Source: Geopsychrobacteraceae bacterium
Lineage (GTDB): Bacteria; Desulfobacterota; Desulfuromonadia; Desulfuromonadales; Geopsychrobacteraceae
Assembly (NCBI GenBank): GCA_963676795.2
Contig: CAXXTB010000001.1
Span: 640,001 to 704,000, forward strand
Direction of reading: 5' to 3'
Length of the DNA stretch: 64,000 nt
Position 1 is the first letter of the stretch. Each line of letters opens with the position of its first letter. Shown piece after piece: positions 50,997 through 60,158 of this stretch. Below the pieces are notes generated by a model. It was not told the DNA's origin. It did not search any database and was given only the letters and a program-made list of their open reading frames with translations. A program made the position numbers and the translations under genes.

Positions 50997-52282
50997 TTAT
51001 TGGCCTGCTGGGTATCGTCCTGCTGCTGGTGCTGATGTTCCTGCGTCTGCCGGTTTCCTATTCAATGACCCTTGTCGGATTTCTCGGCTTCAGTTACTTA
51101 AGAAGCTTCTCCGCCGGGTTGAACCTTTTATCGCGTGATATGTACGAGGTGTTCTCCTCCTACAGTCTGACCCTGATCCCGCTGTTCGTCTTCATGGGCT
51201 ATATCGCCTACTATGCGGGAACCAGCAGTCGCCTCTTTGATGTCGCCTACAAGTTTCTCGGTCGTATCCGCGGCGGCCTGGCCATGGCGACGGTCGGAGC
51301 CTGCGCCGCCTTCGGGGCGATCTGTGGTTCGGCAACGGCGACGGCGGCGACCATGGGGACCATCGCCATTCCGGAGATGAAGCGCTACAAATACGGTGAC
51401 AAACTTGCCACCGGCTGTGTCGCCTCCGGGGGCAGCCTAGGCAGTCTGATCCCGCCGAGTGTCGTGCTGATCGTCTACGGGATCGCAACCCAGCAGTCGA
51501 TCGGCCAACTCTTCATTGCCGGGATTATCCCGGGGCTGCTGATTACGGCACTGATGCTGATCGCCATCGCTATCTATTGCAAGTTGTATCCAAGCGAAGG
51601 TCCGCCGGGGGAGAAATTCACCGTTAAAGAGATGTTCAGATCGGTGCTCGAACTCTGGGAAACCATTCTCGTCTTTGTCTGTGTTATGGGGGGGATGTTC
51701 ATCGGCCTGTTCACACCGACCAAAGCTGGCGCGGTTGGTTCCGCCTGCATCCTGATCATTGTCGTGCTGCAGCGCAAGCTGTCCTGGAAAGGGCTGTGGG
51801 GTGCGATTACCGATACCCTCAACGTGTCCTGCATGGTGCTGATGCTGATTGCCGGCGCAACAATCTTCGGCCACTTCCTGGCGGTCAGCCGGATTCCGAT
51901 GGAGCTTTCCGGGATCGTGGCCGGGATGGATCTGCCGAACTGGGGGGTCATGGCAATGATCTGCCTGATCTACCTGGTTGCCGGCTGTTTTATCGATGCC
52001 CTGGCGTTGATCATGCTGACCATCCCGATCTTTTACCCGATCGTCATGGATATGGGCTACGACCCGATCTGGTTCGGAATCGTTATCGTTGTCATCCAGC
52101 AGATGGGCATCATCACCCCGCCGGTCGGTGTCAACGTCTACGTCGTCGGCGGGATTGCCAAGGTTCCGTTACCCGTGGTTTTCAAGGGCGTCCTGCCCTT
52201 TCTCTATGCGCTTATTGTCGGCTGTGCTCTGCTCATCGCCTTTCCGGATATCGTCCTCTGGTTACCGAGCCTGACGCGCTGA
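50981..52282 (+). CDS. dctM: TRAP transporter large permease
   Basis: LIPLFVFMG, FGAICGS, LIPPS, DPIWFGI and ITPPVG. Confidence 0.95.
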   Translation: MSEPMIIGLLGIVLLLVLMFLRLPVSYSMTLVGFLGFSYLRSFSAGLNLLSRDMYEVFSSYSLTLIPLFVFMGYIAYYAGTSSRLFDVAYKFLGRIRGGLAMATVGACAAFGAICGSATATAATMGTIAIPEMKRYKYGDKLATGCVASGGSLGSLIPPSVVLIVYGIATQQSIGQLFIAGIIPGLLITALMLIAIAIYCKLYPSEGPPGEKFTVKEMFRSVLELWETILVFVCVMGGMFIGLFTPTKAGAVGSACILIIVVLQRKLSWKGLWGAITDTLNVSCMVLMLIAGATIFGHFLAVSRIPMELSGIVAGMDLPNWGVMAMICLIYLVAGCFIDALALIMLTIPIFYPIVMDMGYDPIWFGIVIVVIQQMGIITPPVGVNVYVVGGIAKVPLPVVFKGVLPFLYALIVGCALLIAFPDIVLWLPSLTR

Positions 52283-52307
52283 CCCGTTAACCTTCCATGC
52301 TTCTATG

Positions 52308-52341
52308 GCCCGGGGAGAGCGATCTTTCCGGGCGTTTTTTT
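52308..52341 (+). terminator. Intrinsic terminator closing the catabolic operon
   Basis: GCCCGGGGAGA-GCGA-TCTTTCCGGGC-GTTTTTTT. Confidence 0.8.
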
Positions 52342-52351
52342 GTTGGCAGGA

Positions 52352-52882
52352 TCAGTACGGGTTACTTTCCAAGCTCAGTGCGGAGAGGGCTTGGCTAAAG
52401 GCCAGGGTGGTCTCCGTATTGAAACAGACGATGAAGACCTGCTGCGGAGATTCATTCTCTTCAAGAAACCGGGCGATGGTGGTGACTGCGATCCGGGTCG
52501 CCTGATCGAGGGGATAGCGGTAGACGCCGCAGCTGATCGCCGGAAAGGCGATGGTTTTCAAGGACAGGGCTGCGGCCAGCTCCAGGCTGGTGCGATAGGC
52601 GGAAGCGAGCAGTTCGGCTTCGTCATGGTCGCCCCCCTGCCAGACCGGGCCGACGGCATGGATCACATATTTGGCCGGCAACCGGTAGCCGGCGGTGATC
52701 TTGGCTGAGCCGGTCGGGCAGCCGTCCAGCGTCTGGCACTCCTCAAGCAATTCAGGACCTGCCGCACTTTGGATCGCTCCGTCGACCCCTCCGCCGCCTG
52801 CCAGTCTGCTGTTGGCTGCATTGACGATGGCATCGACCGCGAGCCTGGTGATATCTCCTTCGACAATTTCAATTCGATCCAT
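52352..52882 (-). CDS. Macrodomain O-acetyl-ADP-ribose deacetylase (YmdB-like)
   Basis: [27 protein letters not shown] and FPAISCGVY. Confidence 0.93.
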   Translation of the reverse strand: MDRIEIVEGDITRLAVDAIVNAANSRLAGGGGVDGAIQSAAGPELLEECQTLDGCPTGSAKITAGYRLPAKYVIHAVGPVWQGGDHDEAELLASAYRTSLELAAALSLKTIAFPAISCGVYRYPLDQATRIAVTTIARFLEENESPQQVFIVCFNTETTLAFSQALSALSLESNPY

Positions 52883-52975
52883 AGTTGCTCTCCTTGATAT
52901 GTCAAAACAATAAATGCTGATATTTCAGCAGTCTATCACAATATTTATGAAATAAGAAAAGCTTGAGCCGATTGT

Positions 52976-53740
52976 TCAACCAATGAACAGGTCGTAGGCG
53001 CATTTGATCATCAGCAGCCCCAGGACAAAGCGGAAGACCGGGACCACGATCCGGTCGGCATTTTTGAGGACCAGGCCGCTGCCGAGCCAGTTGCCGCAGA
53101 CCGATCCGGCGATGGCAACACCGGCCACCTGCCAGAGAATCTGGCCGTTGAGGAGAAAAAAGATGAAGGCCGCAAGGTTGGAGGCGTAGTTGACGATCCG
53201 GGCATTGGCACTGGCCTGACGCGGGGTCATCCTCAGGAAGACCATAAAGCAAAGCAGCAGGAAGGTTCCGGTGCCGGGGCCGAAGATGCCGTCGTAGCCA
53301 CCGATGATCAGTCCGGCCAGGGTTGAACGCAGGCCGATCTGGGTCGCTGTCAGGGTCTCCAGTCGGTCGGCGGCGACCATGTGGCGGTTCTGCAGGAAGA
53401 ACAGCAGCGGGATGACGACGAGCAGGATGATGAACAGCGATTCACGCGACAGGAAGCGTGACAGCGAGGCGCCGATCGCCGAGCCGATCAGGGCGGCGAC
53501 GATGGCATAGCCGACGGTTTTCCACAGGATCGTGCGGTTGCGGACATAGCGGAACACTGCAATCGTTGTGCCTGTTGAACTGACACATTTATTGGTACCG
53601 AGCAGCAGATCGGCCGGCAGTCCCAGTGCCAGGTAGGTGGGAACCGAGATCAGCCCGCCACCGCCGGCAATCGAATCGATGAAGCCGGCGAAGCCGATCA
53701 GCACAAACAGCAGCAGGTAGTGCCAGATTGCGAATTCCAT
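52976..53740 (-). CDS. TSUP (TauE/SafE, YfcA-like) membrane transporter
   Basis: AGFIDSIAGGGGLI and GYDGIFGPGTGTF. Confidence 0.92.
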   Translation of the reverse strand: MEFAIWHYLLLFVLIGFAGFIDSIAGGGGLISVPTYLALGLPADLLLGTNKCVSSTGTTIAVFRYVRNRTILWKTVGYAIVAALIGSAIGASLSRFLSRESLFIILLVVIPLLFFLQNRHMVAADRLETLTATQIGLRSTLAGLIIGGYDGIFGPGTGTFLLLCFMVFLRMTPRQASANARIVNYASNLAAFIFFLLNGQILWQVAGVAIAGSVCGNWLGSGLVLKNADRIVVPVFRFVLGLLMIKCAYDLFIG

Positions 53741-53851
53741 GCGGGGAGTCCCTTTGGCTAAAATGGATATATCGCAATCTGAAGAATTTCTACAGAGCCG
53801 TCAAGAAGAACACTCCTTGAGAATGCTTTAAGGTGAAGGACGTTTTTTCGA

Positions 53852-55096
53852 TCAGTTCAGCACAATGCGATTGCGCCCGGCATTTTTGGCCTGGTAGAGC
53901 AGTTCATCGGCAAGAGAAATTGTCTTGTCGAGAGTTGATTCCAGGCGGTTATTGACACCTATCGACACGGTGACGCGGATCTCATTATCGTCACAGCCGA
54001 TCGGATGCTCGGCGATCCGGGTTCTCAGTTCGTTGAAGATGCGTTCCCGGTGGCCGGGATCGAGATTGCTGGTCATGACGATGAACTCCTCGCCGCCCAG
54101 CCTGGCGACCAGATCCGAAGAGCGGAAGCTGCTGTTCAGGATTGTCGCCACCTGTTGGATGACCATGTCGCCGCAGTTGTGGCCGTGGGTGTCGTTGATC
54201 TTCTTGAAATGATCGATATCGATCATGGCGATATCGATCTTGAGGTTGTCGCGTTTAGCGTTATTGAACAGCTTCTCAGCCACCTGGAAGAAATGGCGCC
54301 TGTTGAAAAGACCGGTCAGGACATCCTTGTAGGCCGCATCCCGTAACTGCTCCATCTGGAACAGTAGCTCCACGTTCTGGTTGACCCGCCAGATCAGCTC
54401 CTCTTCAAAGTAGGGCTTGTTGATGAAGTCGTTGGCGCCGCGCTTGAGGAACTGGGCCGAAAGCAGCGGGTTGCCGTGGGCGGACATGCCGAGAATCGAA
54501 ATCCTGTCCATCGGGTGATGTTTGCGGATCGCCGCTGTCAGTTCAAAGCCGTTCATGCGCGGCATGTTGAAGTCGGTCAGGACCAGTTTGATGGCGGGGT
54601 TGGCGTGTAGTTTCTCCATCGCCTGAACGCCGTCATGCGCTTCAATGACCTTGAATTTCTGGTTCTCCAGGATCTTCCTGGTCATGTCACGGGTCAGATT
54701 GGAATCCTCCACGAGCAGAATCTGAACATGCTTGTTGCGCAGGAAGCGGCCGATGGTGCTGGCCAGCAGATCGAGGGTGTGCGGACCCTTGATGATATAG
54801 TCGATGACCTGTTTTTCGAGGATTTTTTCCCGGACCTGATCGTTCATTCTGCCGGTGACTACGACAATTGGGATGGCATAGCTGCTGATCAGGTCAACGA
54901 TCTCCCCGTCGGGAGCTCCCGGCAGAGTCAGATCGAGAATGGCCAGCTCGTAATCTGTCGTTTTGCCGGCCAGCAGGGTCGTGGCCTCTTCATAGCTGCG
55001 GCAAACGTCCGATTCAATCCAGAAGTCCCTGTAGATCCTGTTTTTCAACAGGTTGACGAACATATTGCTGTCTTCGACGATCAGGATTTTTTTCAT
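53852..55096 (-). CDS. REC-REC-GGDEF diguanylate cyclase
   Basis: Two receiver domains; DIDHFK; I-site RSSD; GGEEF. The start may be at 55117. Confidence 0.92.
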   Translation of the reverse strand: MKKILIVEDSNMFVNLLKNRIYRDFWIESDVCRSYEEATTLLAGKTTDYELAILDLTLPGAPDGEIVDLISSYAIPIVVVTGRMNDQVREKILEKQVIDYIIKGPHTLDLLASTIGRFLRNKHVQILLVEDSNLTRDMTRKILENQKFKVIEAHDGVQAMEKLHANPAIKLVLTDFNMPRMNGFELTAAIRKHHPMDRISILGMSAHGNPLLSAQFLKRGANDFINKPYFEEELIWRVNQNVELLFQMEQLRDAAYKDVLTGLFNRRHFFQVAEKLFNNAKRDNLKIDIAMIDIDHFKKINDTHGHNCGDMVIQQVATILNSSFRSSDLVARLGGEEFIVMTSNLDPGHRERIFNELRTRIAEHPIGCDDNEIRVTVSIGVNNRLESTLDKTISLADELLYQAKNAGRNRIVLN

Positions 55097-55337
55097 AAAT
55101 GGCCTTGGTGCTGGCAAGCTGTCATGGTTGAAGATAGGGCAGGGCTAATATTTATACAAGGCTTTCTTACTCTGAAATGGTAGTGTAGGCGGCTTTTTCA
55201 CGAAACTCTGTTATATTTATCGGTGAAATTCGTTTTGTTGAATGAAAGCAAGAAATTACGCTGATGGGCCTGAATAGAAAGTCGCTGCTGTCAGTTGATC
55301 CTTGCAGGCCGAAAATTTTATGAGATGAGGAGCCAGA

Positions 55338-56759
55338 GTGACTGGTCAGGACAGGTTATTCCCGAAAAATCCGATTTTAATCATTGATGACGAACCGTCC
55401 TGGCTGAAAAGCATGGCGCTGTCGCTCAGGCTGTTCGCCGATATCACCAATGTTGTGCTCTGCCAGGACAGCCGTGATGCTGTGAACCTGCTGGCGGAGA
55501 AATCTTTCTCTCTGGTCCTGCTTGATCTGACCATGCCGCACCTCAGCGGTGAGCTGCTGTTGAAGAGTTTTTCGGAGAAGTATCCTGAACTGCCGGTGAT
55601 CGTTGTCAGCGGCATGAACCAGATAGAGACGGCCATCGAATGCATCAAGTCGGGCGCGGTCGATTTTTTTGTCAAAACGGACGATCGGCAGCGGGTTATC
55701 AACGGCATTCTCAATGCCATCAGGCAGGCGGAGCAAAGACGTGAAAATAAGCGTCTGGCAGAAAGCCTGCTCTTTGATAGCGCGCCCGCACACTTTGCCT
55801 TTGCAGCTATCGTGACGGCCAATGACAGAATGAAGCGGATTCTGACCTATCTTTCAGCTGTATCTGCGAGTTGTGAACCTTTGCTCATTCAGGGGGAAAG
55901 CGGAACCGGCAAGGAGCTGATCGCCAGTGCCTTGCACCGCTATGCTTATGCGGACAAGCCGCTGATTGCAGTCAATGTGGCCGGTCTCGATGATATGGTC
56001 TTCAGCGATACCCTGTTCGGACACGTCAAGGGGGCCTATACCGGCGCGGAGGGTGTGCGAAAGGGGATGGTCGAAGAGGCGGCGGATGGCGTCCTCTTCC
56101 TCGATGAGATCGGTGACCTTTCAGCCGCTTCTCAGGTCAAGCTGCTGCGCCTGCTTCAGGAGGGGGAATACTATCCGCTCGGCAGCGACACACCGAAGAA
56201 ATGCGTGGCCCGTATTGTGGTGGCAACCAATCACGACCTTCAGCGCATGGAAGCGCAAGGGGTGTTCCGGCGCGATCTTCTGTTTCGGCTCAGCACCCAC
56301 CGGATTGCTCTGCCGCCGTTACGCGAAAGAAAAGAAGATCTTCCCGCGCTGCTGGATCATTTTCTCGAAGAGGCGGCCAGCGCCTTCGGCAAGAAGCTCC
56401 CCACCTTGCCGCCGGAGCTGCTTACCCTGCTTCATGCCTACCACTTTCCGGGGAATATCCGGGAGCTGCGGGCGATGGTGCAGGATGCTGTCAGCGTTCA
56501 CGTTAAAGGGGTCCTGTCGATGGAGCGCTTTCGCGAAGCGATGAAGATTTCAGGATCTTCCGTACCGGCTGTCGCTGAGAATTTTCCTGAATCACAGTTT
56601 GATATCAGGTTTCCCGAAAGATTACCAACCATCAAAGAGATGACTCGTCTGCTGATTGCCGAGGCACTTGAGAGAGCGCAAGGAAATCAGTCGCAGGCAG
56701 CCCAGTTGCTGGGAATCACTCACCAGGCCCTGAACCAGAGATTGAAGAAACTTTCCTGA
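55338..56759 (+). CDS. Sigma-54-dependent response regulator (REC-AAA+-Fis HTH)
   Basis: LLDLTMP, GESGTGKE, GAYTGA, FLDEIG and GNQSQAAQLLGI. Confidence 0.93.
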   Translation: MTGQDRLFPKNPILIIDDEPSWLKSMALSLRLFADITNVVLCQDSRDAVNLLAEKSFSLVLLDLTMPHLSGELLLKSFSEKYPELPVIVVSGMNQIETAIECIKSGAVDFFVKTDDRQRVINGILNAIRQAEQRRENKRLAESLLFDSAPAHFAFAAIVTANDRMKRILTYLSAVSASCEPLLIQGESGTGKELIASALHRYAYADKPLIAVNVAGLDDMVFSDTLFGHVKGAYTGAEGVRKGMVEEAADGVLFLDEIGDLSAASQVKLLRLLQEGEYYPLGSDTPKKCVARIVVATNHDLQRMEAQGVFRRDLLFRLSTHRIALPPLRERKEDLPALLDHFLEEAASAFGKKLPTLPPELLTLLHAYHFPGNIRELRAMVQDAVSVHVKGVLSMERFREAMKISGSSVPAVAENFPESQFDIRFPERLPTIKEMTRLLIAEALERAQGNQSQAAQLLGITHQALNQRLKKLS

Positions 56760-56786
56760 GCGGGAGTACCCGCCTGTTAAAAGGCC

Positions 56787-56802
56787 TGCAATTTATGTTG
56801 CA
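56787..56802. promoter_or_regulatory. Candidate enhancer TGCAA-N6-TTGCA
   Basis: Palindrome followed by a second TGCAA half-site at 56805, ~170 bp upstream of a sigma-54 promoter; IHF-like sites at 56840-56852 and 56937-56949. Confidence 0.5.
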
Positions 56803-56964
56803 TCTGCAAGAAAAATTTAACAGCTAAAATTGTTACTATTATCAATTTGTTAGCTGTTTTCTTCTAAATTGTATCAATATTTCTTTCACCCCTTTTGATT
56901 ATCCTCGGTCCGTAATAACGACTTTTTTGTAAGCGGAATCAGCAGCTTAGCGTTTTTGAATAAG

Positions 56965-56981
56965 CTGGCACTCATTGTGCT
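56965..56981 (+). promoter_or_regulatory. Sigma-54 promoter upstream of the MCP gene
   Basis: CTGGCAC-TCATT-GTGCT with GG-N10-GC spacing. Confidence 0.65.
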
Positions 56982-57157
56982 TATATTTTGTGTGGTTTTG
57001 TTAATTTGTGAGGTCTCATGTCTGGTCTTGTTTCTCCTCTGGAATTCAGCGGATAAGGAGGCTGGAAACCGCACGATGACAAATATCTTTCTGAATGTAA
57101 AAGACCACGGAATCTTCAATAAATGGTTTTCTTCTCTAATGAAAAAAGGGGTATGGC

Positions 57158-59488
57158 ATGTTCAAGCGACTTAAGATCGGAACCAAAACATTTCTGCTGG
57201 CGGGCTCTATTCTCGTTCTGCTGCTGATCACCCTGGTCTGGGGAATTCTGGGTTTGTCGAAGACTGTTGACAACGGCAAAGAGATGGCGGCGGGAAATGC
57301 CCTGCGCGGTGAACTGCTGGCCCGTGAAGTTGATCATCTCAACTGGGTCAAGCAGGTATCGGCATTCCTGACCGATGAAAACATCAACGAACTTAAGGTT
57401 CAGACCGACCATACCCGGTGTGCGCTGGGCAAGTGGCTCTACGGCGAAGGGCGCAAACATGCTGAACTGCTCGTTCCGGAGATGGCAGCTGATCTGAAAA
57501 CCCTGGAAGATCCGCACAAGGCATTGCATGAAACAGCGATAAAGATCCAGAAGATCTATCAGGCGGCCGATCCGAAGCTGCCTCAGTTTCTGACCGAAAA
57601 GGAGCTGGATCATGTTGCCTGGGTCAGTGCGATTCAGACCGCGATTATATCGGGTGACCGGAACCTGTCCGTCGAGTTTGACCATAAGCTCTGTGGGTTC
57701 GGCAAGTTTCTCTACGGTGATGAAGGACGCAAAGCTGCGGCTGGAAACCCCGAGCTGGGACGTATTCTTGAGCAGATCAAAGGCCCGCATGAAGCTTTGC
57801 ATGAGCATGGCCGACAGATTGCCAGGTTGCTTGGCACGGGGGACCAGGCCGGTGCTGAACGCTATTTCGAAGAGCAGATTGCCCGGACGCTGGCAACCAC
57901 TTCAGGGCTGTTGAAACAAGCCGGCAAGGTTGCAAGTGCGGCACTGGAGGGGCAGCAAAAAGCCCATGAGATCTTTGCCGGAGAGACCCAGAGCCACCTG
58001 CATGAGGTCCAGGGGGTGATGCATCGTCTGAATGAAACCGCCGCCGCCCACATCATGTCCGACGAGCAGATGATTTCAGCGGCCGTTCAGACCCGCAGCG
58101 CAATTATCGCCATCGGTATCGTTGCCCTGATCATCGGCATCGGCCTGGCGTGGCTGATTTCCCGGAGCATTATCAAGCCTTTGCACCGGGCCTTTGCTGT
58201 GGTCGGTGAGTATGGTAAGGGGGATACCCGTGACCAGGATCTGCCGATGGGGGACAAGGTCAACTGCTCCAGCCTGAACAATTGCGGGCAGAAGAATTGT
58301 CCGAGTTACGGACAGGAAGGGTACTGCTGGGTTGAAACCGGCACCTTCGGTCCCAATCCGGTCTGCATCAAGCTGACAGGCGGCACTTTCAGCGACTGTC
58401 GTGAGTGTAAGGTCTATCGGGCCAAGGATGAAATCACCGAACTCGGCTCCGTGCTGGTCGGCATGGCCAAGAGTCTGCAGGGGCGCAGCGAACTGGCCGA
58501 AGCGATCGCCCGCGGCGACCTGACCCAGGATGTTCTGGTGACCTCCTCCAATGACCAGCTCGGCAATGCCCTTAAAATCATGCTCGAAGGGCTGCGCGAT
58601 ATGGTCGGCAATATTCAGGTGGCCGGCGAGCAGATTGCCACCGGGGCAGGGCAGGTTTCAGACGCCAGTCAGGCACTGTCGCAGGGTGCGACAGAGTCGG
58701 CCAGTTCGCTGGAAGAGGTGACCGCCTCAATGAACATGATGGCCGGACAGGTCAGAACCAACGCGGAAAACGCCAGCACCGCCAATCAGTTATCGAGTGA
58801 ATCGAAACAGGCCGCCGAAAAAGGCGATCGCCAGATGGCTGAGATGGTCCAGGCGATGGAAGAAATCAATCAGGCCGGACAGAATATCAGCAAGATTATC
58901 AAGGTGATCGACGAAATCGCATTTCAGACCAATCTGCTCGCGCTGAATGCTGCTGTTGAAGCGGCGCGTGCCGGACAGCACGGCAAGGGGTTTGCTGTGG
59001 TTGCCGAAGAGGTCCGCAACCTTGCGGCGCGGAGTGCCAAGGCCGCCGAAGAGACGGCCGAGCTGATCGAAGGCTCGGTCGCGTTGACCGATCGTGGTGC
59101 CCAAATGGCCCAGCAGACAGCCATGGCCCTGAAAGAGATCATGACCGGCGCCAACAAGGTCTCGGACCTGCTCGAAGAGATCGCCGCCGCTTCGAACGAC
59201 CAGGCCCAGGGGATCAGCCAGGTGACCACCGGCCTGGCGCAGATCGATCAGGTCACTCAGCAGAATACCGCCAGTGCCGAAGAGAGTGCCGCAGCCGCCG
59301 AAGAACTGTCCGGTCAGGCCCTGCAGATGCAGGAGATGCTCAAGCGTTTTATTCTCAGAAAGGCGGATCAAATCGAGAAGGGCAGTTATGCGGGCGGCCT
59401 TCAGGCCGTCCAGTGGGGCCAGTCGCAGATGCGACTGGCCATGAAACAGCCGCTTGGGCTGCGCGATTCTGAATCGGGTCAATTCTGA
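57158..59488 (+). CDS. Methyl-accepting chemotaxis protein with two CZB-like domains and a Cys-rich insertion
   Basis: Signalling hairpin [34 protein letters not shown]; two DHxxW...DHxxCxxGKxLY...PHxxLH repeats between TM1 and TM2. Confidence 0.93.
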   Translation: MFKRLKIGTKTFLLAGSILVLLLITLVWGILGLSKTVDNGKEMAAGNALRGELLAREVDHLNWVKQVSAFLTDENINELKVQTDHTRCALGKWLYGEGRKHAELLVPEMAADLKTLEDPHKALHETAIKIQKIYQAADPKLPQFLTEKELDHVAWVSAIQTAIISGDRNLSVEFDHKLCGFGKFLYGDEGRKAAAGNPELGRILEQIKGPHEALHEHGRQIARLLGTGDQAGAERYFEEQIARTLATTSGLLKQAGKVASAALEGQQKAHEIFAGETQSHLHEVQGVMHRLNETAAAHIMSDEQMISAAVQTRSAIIAIGIVALIIGIGLAWLISRSIIKPLHRAFAVVGEYGKGDTRDQDLPMGDKVNCSSLNNCGQKNCPSYGQEGYCWVETGTFGPNPVCIKLTGGTFSDCRECKVYRAKDEITELGSVLVGMAKSLQGRSELAEAIARGDLTQDVLVTSSNDQLGNALKIMLEGLRDMVGNIQVAGEQIATGAGQVSDASQALSQGATESASSLEEVTASMNMMAGQVRTNAENASTANQLSSESKQAAEKGDRQMAEMVQAMEEINQAGQNISKIIKVIDEIAFQTNLLALNAAVEAARAGQHGKGFAVVAEEVRNLAARSAKAAEETAELIEGSVALTDRGAQMAQQTAMALKEIMTGANKVSDLLEEIAAASNDQAQGISQVTTGLAQIDQVTQQNTASAEESAAAAEELSGQALQMQEMLKRFILRKADQIEKGSYAGGLQAVQWGQSQMRLAMKQPLGLRDSESGQF

Positions 59489-59543
59489 CCCCTGACGGGC
59501 CGTGGCGGTTCTGTTCGCCACGGCCGCTTCAGCCGGGTAGATC

Positions 59544-60077
59544 ATGCTTTATCATCAATGCAGCTATTGCCATAAGGAGCTTGCTCCTGCCGAACAGACC
59601 GCAGACGACGGCGTACAGATCAGCCACGGGATCTGTCGCTCCTGTCTGGAAAAAATGCTCGCCGGCAGCGGAGAGTCGTTGGCCAATTTTCTTGATTCAA
59701 TTCCGTTGCCCGTCTTTATAGTCGATCATGCCGCAAGGGTTCTGGCCGTAAATGCGGCCGGTCGCAAAGTGGTCGGCAAGGGGGAAGCGCAGATCCTCGG
59801 TCTGTCAGGCGGTGAGGTCTTTCAATGCGCCGAAGCACTGTTGCCAGGAGGCTGTGGAAACAGACTGCTGTGCCGCAGTTGCGTCATCCGTAATGCCGTC
59901 ATGGCAACCTACCGGGACGGACAGGCGCGGGAGAAACTCCCGGCCTTTCATGAGCTGGATCTTATTTGCGGAGTGCGAGAGGTCCGTTTTCTGATCAGTA
60001 CCGAAAAGGTCGGGGGGGTGGTTTTGCTGAAGATTGATGAGATTCTTCTGGAAGAGACTGATCTTCATTTGTCTTGA
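59544..60077 (+). CDS. Cys-rich PAS-like protein
   Basis: CSYC...SHGICRSC, then a PAS-like segment (FLDSIPLPVFIVD...AVNAAG), then FQC...GGCG...CRSCVIR. Confidence 0.75.
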   Translation: MLYHQCSYCHKELAPAEQTADDGVQISHGICRSCLEKMLAGSGESLANFLDSIPLPVFIVDHAARVLAVNAAGRKVVGKGEAQILGLSGGEVFQCAEALLPGGCGNRLLCRSCVIRNAVMATYRDGQAREKLPAFHELDLICGVREVRFLISTEKVGGVVLLKIDEILLEETDLHLS

Positions 60078-60158
60078 TTGTCGAAAAATTGACGTGAAGA
60101 TGTTAACCTTTGTTTAATTTCTCGTTATCATACTCCGTTCCTGTCTTCAAGGTTCGCC

